From the NCBI GenBank assembly GCA_045106895.1, contig JBGCFM010000046.1:68448-132447 (forward strand): 64,000 nt of DNA, in the 5' to 3' direction. Within the stretch, counting starts at the first letter, position 1. Every line of letters begins with the position of its first letter. The translations under genes were made by a program, and so were the position numbers. This DNA is from Polyangiales bacterium (lineage in GTDB: Bacteria > Myxococcota_A > Polyangia > Polyangiales > Houyiibacteriaceae). Shown here piece by piece: positions 9,282 to 18,026 of this stretch. The notes below the pieces were generated by a model. It was not told the origin of the DNA. It saw only the letters and a program-made list of their open reading frames with translations, and did no database searches.

Positions 9282-9857
9282 ATGAGCGCATTTGTACATA
9301 TGGAGCTGAGCACGTCGGACGTGTCGAAGGCCAAGAAGTTTTACAAGTCGGTTTTGGGCTGGAAGTACCAAGAGATGCCGATGCCAGGCGGCAGCTACAC
9401 CTTGGTGATGTCCGATTCCGGACCCGTCGGCGGCATGCAAAAGAACCCGATGCCCAAGGCTCCGAACAGCTGGTGCGGCTACGCGAGCGTCAAGTCCGTT
9501 GCGCGAACCGTGGCCAAGGTGAAGAAGCTTGGTGGCAAGGTCATCGTGCCGAAAACAGACCTTCCAAGCGGCAGCCTTGCCGTGCTGACGGATCCGCAGG
9601 GTGCGACTTTCGGAATCTGGCAGGCGGCTCCTGCGAAGCCGACGACCAAGAAGGCCGCGAAGAAGACGACCAAGAAGGCCGCGAAGAAGACGACCAAGAA
9701 GGCCGCGAAGAAGACGACCAAGAAGGCTGCGAAGAAGCGCGCGACCAAGAAGGCCGCGAAGAAGACGACCAAGAAGGCTGCGAAGAAGACGATCAAGAAG
9801 GCCGCAAAGAAGACGACTAAGAAGACCGCCAAGAAGCGGGCTGCGAAGAAAAAGTAG
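9282..9857 (+). CDS. VOC/glyoxalase-bleomycin-resistance domain fused to a histone H1-like Lys/Ala tail
   Basis: FVHMELSTSDVSKAKKFY..VLGW, DPQGATFGIWQ, then about 8 TTKKAAKK-type units; GGGAGG RBS. Confidence 0.85.
   Translation: MSAFVHMELSTSDVSKAKKFYKSVLGWKYQEMPMPGGSYTLVMSDSGPVGGMQKNPMPKAPNSWCGYASVKSVARTVAKVKKLGGKVIVPKTDLPSGSLAVLTDPQGATFGIWQAAPAKPTTKKAAKKTTKKAAKKTTKKAAKKTTKKAAKKRATKKAAKKTTKKAAKKTIKKAAKKTTKKTAKKRAAKKK
9642..9854 (+). repeat. 24-bp coding tandem repeat (ACGACCAAGAAGGCCGCGAAGAAG; TTKKAAKK)
   Basis: Directly visible, about 8 imperfect copies. Confidence 0.95.
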
Positions 9858-9871
9858 CCTCTTTGGCGACG

Positions 9872-9905
9872 AAAAAAGGGCGCCGCGTTGGCGCCCTTTT
9901 TTTTT
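9872..9905. terminator. Intrinsic terminator, probably bidirectional
   Basis: AAAAAAGGGCGCC-GCGTT-GGCGCCC-TTTTTTTTT between convergent genes. Confidence 0.9.
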
Positions 9906-9921
9906 GTGCATCGGATCGAGG

Positions 9922-10767
9922 CTAGTCGGCGCAGCAGCGGAAGCCGACGCTGACCGCCTGCCGGTCTCGCGGCCATCGGAGCTCCGCGGCCATGGCGCAA
10001 CGCAGGCCCACTCCTTGGTGCTCGAAGCTGCCACCGCGGATTCGACACGGCGAGTCCGGGTCTTCTCCCTCGCAGGCGTTGTCCCATTCGGCGGCGTGGC
10101 CGCTTAGGTCGAAGACCTCCGTGTATCCATCAACGCTCGAGCGGCACTCCGTGAGGCTTCCGACGTCGACGTAGCCCCAGGTCGTGTAGTCCTCGGCGTC
10201 GCCGCCGCGGCATCGCTGCGTGTCGAGCTCGTTGCCGTAGGTGTATTCGTTCACGCCGCCCGACGTACACGCCGCGTGCCACTCGCTGACGCCGGCATCC
10301 GCGTAGTCGTCAAAGGCGTAGGCCGCCCCGTCGCTTCGCGAACCACAGAGTCTCTTGCCCGCGGCTTCGCAGAACGCGTGAGCGTCGCACCAATCCACGC
10401 AGACCACCGGTTGGTCGCCGTTGTTGCCAGGCGGCCACGCGCACGAAGGCTCGTAGTCGTCGTTGCTTCCGCACGCGGCGTGGTCCGAGGGTGCTGGGGC
10501 CTGGTCCAGCCAGGCCTCGTACTGGCCGCGGGTGACTTCCGTTGTGTCGATGCAGAAGCCTTCCGGCAGCCGAACCATCGCGGGGCCCATGCCGTCCGAA
10601 TCGCCGCCGGCGGGGCACGCGCCTTGGCCGGGCAGGGTCTGGTCGGGATCGGCTTCGAGCTCAGCGCGAGTCACCGTGGAGGGCGCGAGGGACCAAACAA
10701 ATGCTCCACCACTCACGAGGACAGCGAAGGAAAGAAGAGCGCGTCTATTCATGTGTCGATCCATCAC
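9922..10767 (-). CDS. SUMF1/FGE-sulfatase (EgtB/PvdO-type) domain secreted protein
   Basis: FCIDTTEVTRGQY, PVVCVDWCDAHAFC..AGKRLC, FDLSGHAAEW, RGGSF, GFRCC. Confidence 0.88.
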   Translation of the reverse strand: MMDRHMNRRALLSFAVLVSGGAFVWSLAPSTVTRAELEADPDQTLPGQGACPAGGDSDGMGPAMVRLPEGFCIDTTEVTRGQYEAWLDQAPAPSDHAACGSNDDYEPSCAWPPGNNGDQPVVCVDWCDAHAFCEAAGKRLCGSRSDGAAYAFDDYADAGVSEWHAACTSGGVNEYTYGNELDTQRCRGGDAEDYTTWGYVDVGSLTECRSSVDGYTEVFDLSGHAAEWDNACEGEDPDSPCRIRGGSFEHQGVGLRCAMAAELRWPRDRQAVSVGFRCCAD

Positions 10768-12263
10768 CAGAACACCGGGGAAGAGTTGCGGTAGGGCGCG
10801 TCATTGGCCATGGGGAAGTGCATCTCTCGGTCTGCAGAAGCCGGGAAGCCTTCTTCGCGGTTCAGCACGTTTCCGCTGGCGACTCCGGCGACGTTTCGCA
10901 GCTTGTAGTGCTCGCGCCCGGTGCGGTTGATGCGGTTGTCTTCGAGGCGCGTGCAGGCGAGACGAAACCCGAGGATGAGACCCTCGTTGAGCGTATTGTT
11001 GGAGACGAAGTAGCGCATATTGTGAGCCATATGGATGCCGCAGTCGTGCATCGTGTTGCCCGCGATGTAGTTCCCAATCGGGTTCTCGCGGGTCGCTCCG
11101 TCTCGGCCGGTGTAACCGAGGATTCCCCAGAAGCCGTTCACGGTTCGCATCGACATGCGAATCGTGTTGTTGAGGATGACGTTGTCCGTTTCTTTCCAGA
11201 TGATGATGGGGCCATCGACTTGTTCCTCGAGATCACAGGCGATGGCCGGGTCGTACGTGCCGTTTTCATCGACCTGGCACTGGGTCATCGTGTTCTCTTC
11301 GATCCAGAGGTTCCGACCTGACGAAGTCACGACGTCCCCGCCCGCGTTGTGGTGGAAGTTGTTCTGGAAGATGAGGATATCCCTATCGCTTCGGCCTGCG
11401 CCCTCTACGTCCACGCCGAACTGCGGCGAGGTGCCTTCGATGTGATGAATGTGGTTGTTCTCGATGACCACGTTGTGACCGCCGACGACTGAAACGCCTT
11501 GGCGCCGGTTGTGGTGAATGTGCGCGTTGCGAATCGTGACGTGCGTGGAGGGAACGTCCTCCGTGCCCTCTTCTTCGTTTCCGCGCCGGCCCACGATGAG
11601 CACGCCATCGCCGGTGAGCTCGTGGAGCTCGATGTCCTCGATGAGCACTCGCTCCACGGAAGTCCAAGCGCAGATCCCGTGGCCTTCGTCGTGGGCGCTC
11701 CCGCTTGAGTAATCGTGCGCGTCACGGTCGCCAAGGATCTCGCCGCCGCGGATGGTGACGTCGCTGTTGCCATCGACGTTGATGACGCAGTAGTTGTGCC
11801 GGTCGTTCGCCATCATCTCCACCACCGCGCCATCCGCGAGCTCAAAGGTCATGTTCCCTTGGAGGTCGATGCCCGCGGCGTAGATGTCGTTCGTCAGTTC
11901 GCCGACGAGGTAGCGTCCCGCCGGGAGGATGATCTTGTCGAAGTCGTTCTCCGTCGCCCAGACGATGGACTCGTTGATGCGCGTCCGAGTCTCGATGGGG
12001 TCACCGCGCTCGTTCGAGATGTTCCAGCGCTCCAGCTCGATGACGTACTCGCGCTCGTGAACCGGCGGTAGGTCGGCACTGGGCCGCTCGCCGGCTTCCC
12101 AGGCGCACTCTCCATCGCCGGGAACAGGCACCACCGCAGAGGCGTCGCTGCTCGCTGCGTCGGAGGGGGTCGCACCGTCCAAACCGCCCGCGTCGAATGG
12201 CGTCTCGCCGTCGCCGCAGTCGCAGGCAACGAGCAGAACCAGAACCAGAAACCTTGGGGACAT
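10764..12263 (-). CDS. Lipoprotein with right-handed parallel beta-helix (pectin-lyase-like) repeats
   Basis: LVAC-DCG lipobox, DAG linker, LPAGRYLV, DEGHGI, HHNRRQGVSVVGGHNVVIENNHIHH, PQFGVDVE. Confidence 0.82.
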   Translation of the reverse strand: MSPRFLVLVLLVACDCGDGETPFDAGGLDGATPSDAASSDASAVVPVPGDGECAWEAGERPSADLPPVHEREYVIELERWNISNERGDPIETRTRINESIVWATENDFDKIILPAGRYLVGELTNDIYAAGIDLQGNMTFELADGAVVEMMANDRHNYCVINVDGNSDVTIRGGEILGDRDAHDYSSGSAHDEGHGICAWTSVERVLIEDIELHELTGDGVLIVGRRGNEEEGTEDVPSTHVTIRNAHIHHNRRQGVSVVGGHNVVIENNHIHHIEGTSPQFGVDVEGAGRSDRDILIFQNNFHHNAGGDVVTSSGRNLWIEENTMTQCQVDENGTYDPAIACDLEEQVDGPIIIWKETDNVILNNTIRMSMRTVNGFWGILGYTGRDGATRENPIGNYIAGNTMHDCGIHMAHNMRYFVSNNTLNEGLILGFRLACTRLEDNRINRTGREHYKLRNVAGVASGNVLNREEGFPASADREMHFPMANDAPYRNSSPVFW

Positions 12264-12345
12264 GAGGTAAAAATATCATGCGCCCGATAGTGCGGCCAAG
12301 GGCTCATATGGACCCAGCTTGGGTGATAAATGCTCGAAATGTGCG

Positions 12346-12651
12346 CTATTCGCCGAGGAGCGCGCGAGAATCGTCGTCGCCGATTTCCTTGGAGTGGGAG
12401 CCAACCTTGACCACAAAGCGGTGCCCGCCTTCCGGCGCCAGGGCGTCGACGATGGCGCGAACGGTCGCAAGCTTCTCGGAAAAGCCCGGTAGACCATTTT
12501 GGAGCGTCGTGATGTAGACGGGGGCTGCCTCTGCGAGTGCCGCTTTGAGTTGGCCAAGGGGCATGCCGCCAATTCCACGTATCATTTTGAGGCAAGCGAT
12601 GCTGGAGACAGGGGAGGCTGGGCTCACCCGCAGCTCCCATGGTTCGCCCAT
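12346..12651 (-). CDS. Hypothetical protein (about 101 aa), weak resemblance to an L7/L12-CTD-like helix pair
   Basis: MGEPWELRVS...IACLKMIRGIGGMPLGQLKAAL; starts 14 nt after the DUF4419 stop on the same strand. Confidence 0.5.
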   Translation of the reverse strand: MGEPWELRVSPASPVSSIACLKMIRGIGGMPLGQLKAALAEAAPVYITTLQNGLPGFSEKLATVRAIVDALAPEGGHRFVVKVGSHSKEIGDDDSRALLGE

Positions 12652-12665
12652 TTGCCAAAGCCCGC

Positions 12666-13751
12666 TCAACGGGTGCCGGGCACCGAGAGTAGATCGCTCA
12701 GCGTACGATTGGCGGACTTCTCTTTCATCCACTCGCCGAGGAGTCGCACCGCCGGAAGCTCGACGCCGGGGCCTGCGTCCAGAGCGAGGTTCAAGAGCGC
12801 CGTGAGACTCTCCGCGACGATGGGCAGCTCTTCGAGATTCCCGCGCAGCTTGCGCATGCTCCATTTCTTTCCTTTGTCCTCGGAGAGCTTCGCCGCATCG
12901 CAGCGAACGAAGATGGGCGGAGAAGTGCACGAAACGGCGGCGAGGAAGTGCCCATCCGGGAGGTCCGCGACAAGCTCGAGCATGTGACGGGTGTCCCCAG
13001 TCGACATGCCGATATGGTCTCGCGCGTCCGGGCTACGGAAGGTCCACTGGTCGGGCCCCTCGAAGAGCTCGAGCTTCGACGTTGCCTCGCTTAGCTGGAT
13101 GAACTCCGCTGCTCCGTCTCCCAGTGGCTCGGCGGCGCCTTCGGGGGACTCCGCCGGAGCATGAAGCGTCACGCGAGGGTCGCGCTTCATGCGTTCGATG
13201 ACGTCCTTTAGGGTGCCGCCGTCTCTGAGCCACCAGGCGCAGATGGGCGTCAGCGCGCCATCGTCGCCTTGCGCCACCGCGCGAACGCCGGCTTCCAAGA
13301 CCACGGTTCGTTTCTCATCGAGCACCATGTCCGTGACCTGAATGCTCGCCCGCGATGGGCCACTTTGCACTTGGTCCGTTGAAATCCCAACCCCTCTATA
13401 CCCACGCGTTCCGGGTCTCGTGACGCCGCTCGGGTCCTGGAGAGGCAGCTCGAGGAGCGGGTTGAGTTGGTCGCGAATGAGATACGGGTAGAGCCGTGCG
13501 ATCCAGCCCGTGACCTTCGCGCCTCCGTAGGCGTCGACGGGTTTGTAGATTCGCTTCCAGAACGCGGGGTTAGCGTTGCCTTCGGCGGCGGCGACAAACT
13601 CATCGAAGATAGGCGCCAACGAGCGGGTCCAGAACCCGCACTCGAACTCGTCGAGGACGCCGATGCGCTGACGGATGCTCCGCCAGTCTTCGACGGTCCC
13701 GAGGAGCGTGATGCTCGGGATGCCGCAGATGCAGACCATGAAGTAGTCCCA
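12666..13751 (-). pseudogene. 5'-truncated DUF4419-family gene with a C-terminal extension
   Basis: Frame reads *SRWDYFMVCICGIPSITLLGTVEDW..I..FW...L.PIFDEF..FWKRIYK...YGG..VTGWI..LYPY, the C-terminal half of DUF4419. An in-frame TGA lies just upstream and I see no N-terminal half nearby. Confidence 0.65.
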
Positions 13752-13779
13752 TCGGCTTCAACATCGAGGTCCGATGGGA
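13747..13779. repeat. Hairpin at the DUF4419 truncation point
   Basis: TCCCATCGG...CCGATGGGA, a 9-bp perfect inverted repeat extendable with CTTC/GAGG. Confidence 0.8.
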
Positions 13780-13958
13780 ACGCGCCGACGGTGCCGGGTT
13801 CCACGGCGGGGGTGGGCCGCAACGTGAGGAGGTTCTCCGTGCCTTCCTCCGATGTCAGGAGAAGAGACGACGAATCAAAGTCCGCGACGAAGGAGAGCGC
13901 CCGTCGCCCTGAGGATTTTTCGGCGGTGTTTTGTTGAGCGATCCGCTAGAGCGTTAGC

Positions 13959-16187
13959 GTGAACCCGGCGGACCCCGCAGCACGTATCGGTCAGGTGCTC
14001 GACCGCTACCGACTCGAAGGAGTCATCGGCGCCGGCGGGTTTGGTACCGTCTACCGCGCGCGGCACACGGTCATGAACCGCGTCGTCGCACTCAAGCTGC
14101 TTCACGGCCGGCCCGACGAGGATCAACGCCAACGCTTTGTTCGGGAGGCGCAGGCCACCGCCGCCATTGAGCACCCGTCCATTGTGCAGGTGTTCGACTT
14201 CGGAACGACGGAAGACGGCGAGATGTTCCTCGCGATGGAACTCCTCGAGGGCGAAGAGCTGGAGCTGCGGCGTTTGCGGGCACCGTTGCCGCCCTACGAA
14301 GCTCTACGGATCATGTGCGAGGTGCTGGCGGCGCTCGCCCACGCACACCGCGCCGGCGTCGTGCATCGGGACCTCAAGCCAGCGAACATCTTCTTGACCG
14401 CGGGCGGCGTGAAGCTCCTCGACTTCGGAATCTCGATGGTGCGTGACGACGCGACGGAGCGCATGACACGTACGGGCCTCGTGATGGGTACGCCTCTCTA
14501 CATGGCCCCCGAGAGCTTTAGCGGGGTGCGGGAGGTGGACGAGCGCGTCGACGTGTATGCCGTCGCCGCAATGCTCTACGAGTTGCTCTCGGGCCAAAGC
14601 GTGTATGCCGCGGACAGCTACGAGCAGTTGGTGGTCAAGGTCGCAACGGAGCGAGCGACGCCGATGGCGCAAGTGGCGCCGGGAGCTCCCGCTGCCCTCG
14701 CCGCCGCCATCGACCGAGGGCTGGCTTCGCGGCCCGCCGATCGCTGGCCGAGCGCGGCGGCTTTTCGGGAGGCGCTCCTGCCCTTCGCCGGCGCCGATTC
14801 TAGCCACGAAGCCCACCCCGCGCCGGGCGCGGTGGCGCATTCGACCGCACAAGCGACATCGTCGCCCACGAAACCAGCGTGGCGACCGAGCGTGATCGCC
14901 GCAGGAGCCGTGGCGCTTCTCGGCGCGAGCTTTGTCGCTGCCGCTCTGCTGATGGATTCCGGGACAAGCGGCACCGAGGCGGCCCAGGAGGAGAGTTCGG
15001 GCGGCCTCGGCGCGCCTTCGGGCCTCGCCGCAGGAGGCGCCATCGGTACCTGCGCAGCGCCTCTCGTTCTCCACCTCGGCGTTCCTCTCGCTGCGAACAC
15101 GCGCGGCGGTGGGTCGACGTTGACGCCAAGCTGTGGTGACGAGGGCGCACCAGAGCAGGTACACGCCCTTCAGGTTCACACGCGCATGCAGGTGAGCGTC
15201 CGCGTCGAGGCGGGGTTCGACGCGGTCCTCTCGCTGACATCGGGCTGCGGTGCCGGCAACCGTGAACTCGCCTGCAACGACGACTACGCCTCGGAAATGA
15301 ATCGCTCCCAGATTAGCGAACTGCTCGAGCCTGGGACCTACTTCTTGAGCGTGGATGGCTTCGGTGGCGAATCCGGTCCGTACACTATCGTGGCGAACGG
15401 GGTGGAGCCCAGTCAGGACGAACAGTGCACAGGCGCTCCCGCGCTCACTCCTGATGTTGATGTTCATGGATCCACAGAAGGTCGGCCCAATGTGTTCGAG
15501 AGTACGTGCGTGTCCGAGCCGTCGGGCCCGGACATGGCCTACAGGTTCGATATCGCGGAACCCTCACGCGTTCGACTTCGCCAACACGCCGAAGAAGACG
15601 GTGCCCTTCATCTGCGCCGGGACTGCGCGCGGGCACAGAGCGAGGTCGCGTGCAACGACGATCATGGCGACTCGTCTCGCTCCGTGATCACGGAGCACCT
15701 CGATGCCGGCGCCTACTGGGTTATTAGCGACGGTTTCGACGAAACGGACGGCGGCCCCTATACGCTCCGCGCCGAGGTCTTGGCGGACTCCGCACGAAGC
15801 GCCGTCGACGGTTGCGCTGCGCCGCAACACATGACCTCCACTTCGGCGCTTACGGACACGTTTCATTCCGCCAACCAGACGCAAGGGAGTTGTGGCGGAG
15901 CCGGCGGCCCCGAGCAGGTCTTTGCTTTCGAGATGCAAACGCCGGGGCGTGTTCGCGTCGAGGTTCTGGAGAGCGAGTTTCGAGGCGTGTACTACATACG
16001 AAGCCGGTGCCAAGACTCGACGAGCGAGCTCTTCTGTGGAGGCTTCGCGAATGGCGTCGGCGTCGACGAAACGCAGGGAGAGCTCGCCGTGCATGAGCTC
16101 GCCGCTGGGGCCTATTTTCTCATCGTCGACGGGACGACCATCGGCGACTTTGGTGCCGCGAACGTGCATGTGATCCGCACCCGGTAG
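13959..16187 (+). CDS. Hanks-type Ser/Thr receptor kinase with a TM helix and three extracellular Cys-containing (PPC-like) repeats
   Basis: GAGGFGTVY, VALK, HRDLKPAN, DFG, GTPLYMAPE; TM SVIAAGAVALLGASFVAAALL; repeats ELACNDD..LEPGTYFLSVDG, EVACNDD..LDAGAYWVISDG, ELFCGG..LAAGAYFLIVDG. Confidence 0.92.
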   Translation: MNPADPAARIGQVLDRYRLEGVIGAGGFGTVYRARHTVMNRVVALKLLHGRPDEDQRQRFVREAQATAAIEHPSIVQVFDFGTTEDGEMFLAMELLEGEELELRRLRAPLPPYEALRIMCEVLAALAHAHRAGVVHRDLKPANIFLTAGGVKLLDFGISMVRDDATERMTRTGLVMGTPLYMAPESFSGVREVDERVDVYAVAAMLYELLSGQSVYAADSYEQLVVKVATERATPMAQVAPGAPAALAAAIDRGLASRPADRWPSAAAFREALLPFAGADSSHEAHPAPGAVAHSTAQATSSPTKPAWRPSVIAAGAVALLGASFVAAALLMDSGTSGTEAAQEESSGGLGAPSGLAAGGAIGTCAAPLVLHLGVPLAANTRGGGSTLTPSCGDEGAPEQVHALQVHTRMQVSVRVEAGFDAVLSLTSGCGAGNRELACNDDYASEMNRSQISELLEPGTYFLSVDGFGGESGPYTIVANGVEPSQDEQCTGAPALTPDVDVHGSTEGRPNVFESTCVSEPSGPDMAYRFDIAEPSRVRLRQHAEEDGALHLRRDCARAQSEVACNDDHGDSSRSVITEHLDAGAYWVISDGFDETDGGPYTLRAEVLADSARSAVDGCAAPQHMTSTSALTDTFHSANQTQGSCGGAGGPEQVFAFEMQTPGRVRVEVLESEFRGVYYIRSRCQDSTSELFCGGFANGVGVDETQGELAVHELAAGAYFLIVDGTTIGDFGAANVHVIRTR

Positions 16188-16208
16188 TCGTTCCGCTGGC
16201 TACGCGCT

Positions 16209-17057
16209 CTAAGACGCCTCGAGGTACGCCGCGAACTCACTCCAAAGGCGCTCGCTCGACGAACGAAATGCGCCAAAGTGACCGATAGACTTCAGGCCGA
16301 CGCTCTCCGGAGTGATGTGGTGGAACTCTTTTGCCGCCGCGGCGTAAAAGTCATGGAGCTTCTCAGCGGCGAGTCGCGGCGCCATGGGGTCGTCCGAGAA
16401 CGCGACACATCGAAGGTCGCCGGCGTAGGTGTCGAAGCCGCTCTCAGGTCGGGTCTTCGCGAAGCCAAGTACGTATTCGGGATCACGCCCCCAGTCTCCC
16501 CACTGCATGGCGACGCGTTTCGGGATGTCGCTCCCCCCAAGGATCCACTTGGGGAGCTTTCCGAAGAGGGGCACGAGCAGGGGAGTGACGAAGAACCAAA
16601 GAGCGAGCATTTTGAGTCGAAAGCCACCGCTCCACCATCGCCAATACCCGGACTGGCTGGCCACAAAGAGAGCACGCTCGATGGGGGAATCGGTGAGCAG
16701 GCCGAAGAGCTGTCCACCGACGCTGTGCGCGACGAGGGCACAAGGAAGGTCCGGGTAGCGCGCGTTGAGCGTGCTCTGCGCGACCCGCAGGTCTTGGTCC
16801 GCCCAGTCCGCGAGGGTGCAGGCGGCGCGGCTCGGGGATGCGCCGATGCCGGCATAGTCGAAGGTCATCACAACATGGCCACGGCCAGCGAGGTAGCGCG
16901 CGAAGGCCTTGTAGAATGTCGCAGGGACGCCCATCGCCGGCGCGATGAGCACACAGCGCTGCGCATCCCGCGGTACGAAGAGCGTTCCATGAAGCTCGAC
17001 GTCGTCGGTGGGCAGAGTGAGTGTTTCTTCTTCGAAAGTCGACACCACGGAGGTCAT
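16209..17057 (-). CDS. Alpha/beta hydrolase
   Basis: APAMGVPATFY, FDYAGIG, AHSVGG nucleophile elbow, FSDD, IGHFGAF; start set at ATG 17057. Confidence 0.88.
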   Translation of the reverse strand: MTSVVSTFEEETLTLPTDDVELHGTLFVPRDAQRCVLIAPAMGVPATFYKAFARYLAGRGHVVMTFDYAGIGASPSRAACTLADWADQDLRVAQSTLNARYPDLPCALVAHSVGGQLFGLLTDSPIERALFVASQSGYWRWWSGGFRLKMLALWFFVTPLLVPLFGKLPKWILGGSDIPKRVAMQWGDWGRDPEYVLGFAKTRPESGFDTYAGDLRCVAFSDDPMAPRLAAEKLHDFYAAAAKEFHHITPESVGLKSIGHFGAFRSSSERLWSEFAAYLEAS

Positions 17058-17120
17058 GCGGCATTCGAGCATGCGCGCAAGTTGCGAGCGTGCATCGCAT
17101 GCCGAGGCTAAGGTCTCTCC

Positions 17121-18017
17121 GTGCGAATGAGAGCGATGATGACTCTGCTGTGTGCCGCCGCATGCGGTGAAGCGGCTTCGCCGGCGTCCGGGGCTTCTCC
17201 GAGCGCAGTGAACGCCGCGGTGTTGTCGACCACGATGGCGCTCTATCTTGTCGGAGGCGAAGACGACCCGGCGCTCTTTCGCCTCGGACTTGGCGCGCGA
17301 CGGCATCAGGCGGAACTCGTGTCCGCCCTCGAGGACTTAGACCTGGATGAGATGACTCGCACCCAGCGAATCGTGGTTCAGAACGATGTCTGGGGACTTC
17401 TTGAGCGCCTTGGCCCCGAGACCAGCGTGCTGTCGCGGGCGGCGCGCGCGGCGATGGCACGACTTGCCCTCCCAGCGTCGTCCTTTACGGAGGCGGCGCG
17501 CACTTTACCGACACAACTCGATGGGTTCGCGGAGCGTGCGACGGAGCTGCCTTCGTTGCAGCATGAACGCGCCTACCATCTGCGGCGCCTTTTCGGTCTC
17601 GCGTTTCGCGCCGATGAACATATCGTCGAGCTTCCCAACACGCGCGCGATCTTCAGTCGTCTCGTCGTGGTGGATGACGCGGGCGCTCGACGCCTCACGC
17701 CGGTGGTTGGCGAGATCGAATGGTTACGTTTTGAAGGCGGTGAACTTCGCGAGGCACGTGTGTGGAAGATGAACCGCCGCCGTTTTGCCCTGGAAGAAGT
17801 GAGTGAGGTGCAGGTTGTTCCCGATCACGGCGCGGACTTTTTTGTCTTTGATTTCGGCGCGCCGACGGACCTCTCGGAGTTGCCTTGTCAGCGTTGTCAT
17901 GACGAAGATGGACTGATGTCGCTACCGAGCTTGGCTCTCTCCCTCGACTGGCGCGATGAGACGTTGTTGAGAGACACGTTGGATGCTCCTTCTCCGAATC
18001 CCGGGAAAGCGCGCTAG
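17121..18017 (+). CDS. Hypothetical lipoprotein with a C-terminal CxxCH
   Basis: LLCAAAC-G lipobox; CQRCH at 17886-17900; TAAGGT 6 nt before the GTG. Confidence 0.6.
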   Translation: MRMRAMMTLLCAAACGEAASPASGASPSAVNAAVLSTTMALYLVGGEDDPALFRLGLGARRHQAELVSALEDLDLDEMTRTQRIVVQNDVWGLLERLGPETSVLSRAARAAMARLALPASSFTEAARTLPTQLDGFAERATELPSLQHERAYHLRRLFGLAFRADEHIVELPNTRAIFSRLVVVDDAGARRLTPVVGEIEWLRFEGGELREARVWKMNRRRFALEEVSEVQVVPDHGADFFVFDFGAPTDLSELPCQRCHDEDGLMSLPSLALSLDWRDETLLRDTLDAPSPNPGKAR

Positions 18018-18026
18018 ACTCGGCTC

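Noticed and set aside
9642..9854. Regular 24-bp repeats as a possible CRISPR array
   Set aside because: No unique spacers, an in-frame coding repeat, and no cas genes. The same applies to the repeats at 36311-36389 and 47611-47730.
12276..12578. 100-aa minus-strand ORF from the track
   Set aside because: It overlaps the better-looking 12346-12651 frame and runs into the promoter of the beta-helix gene.
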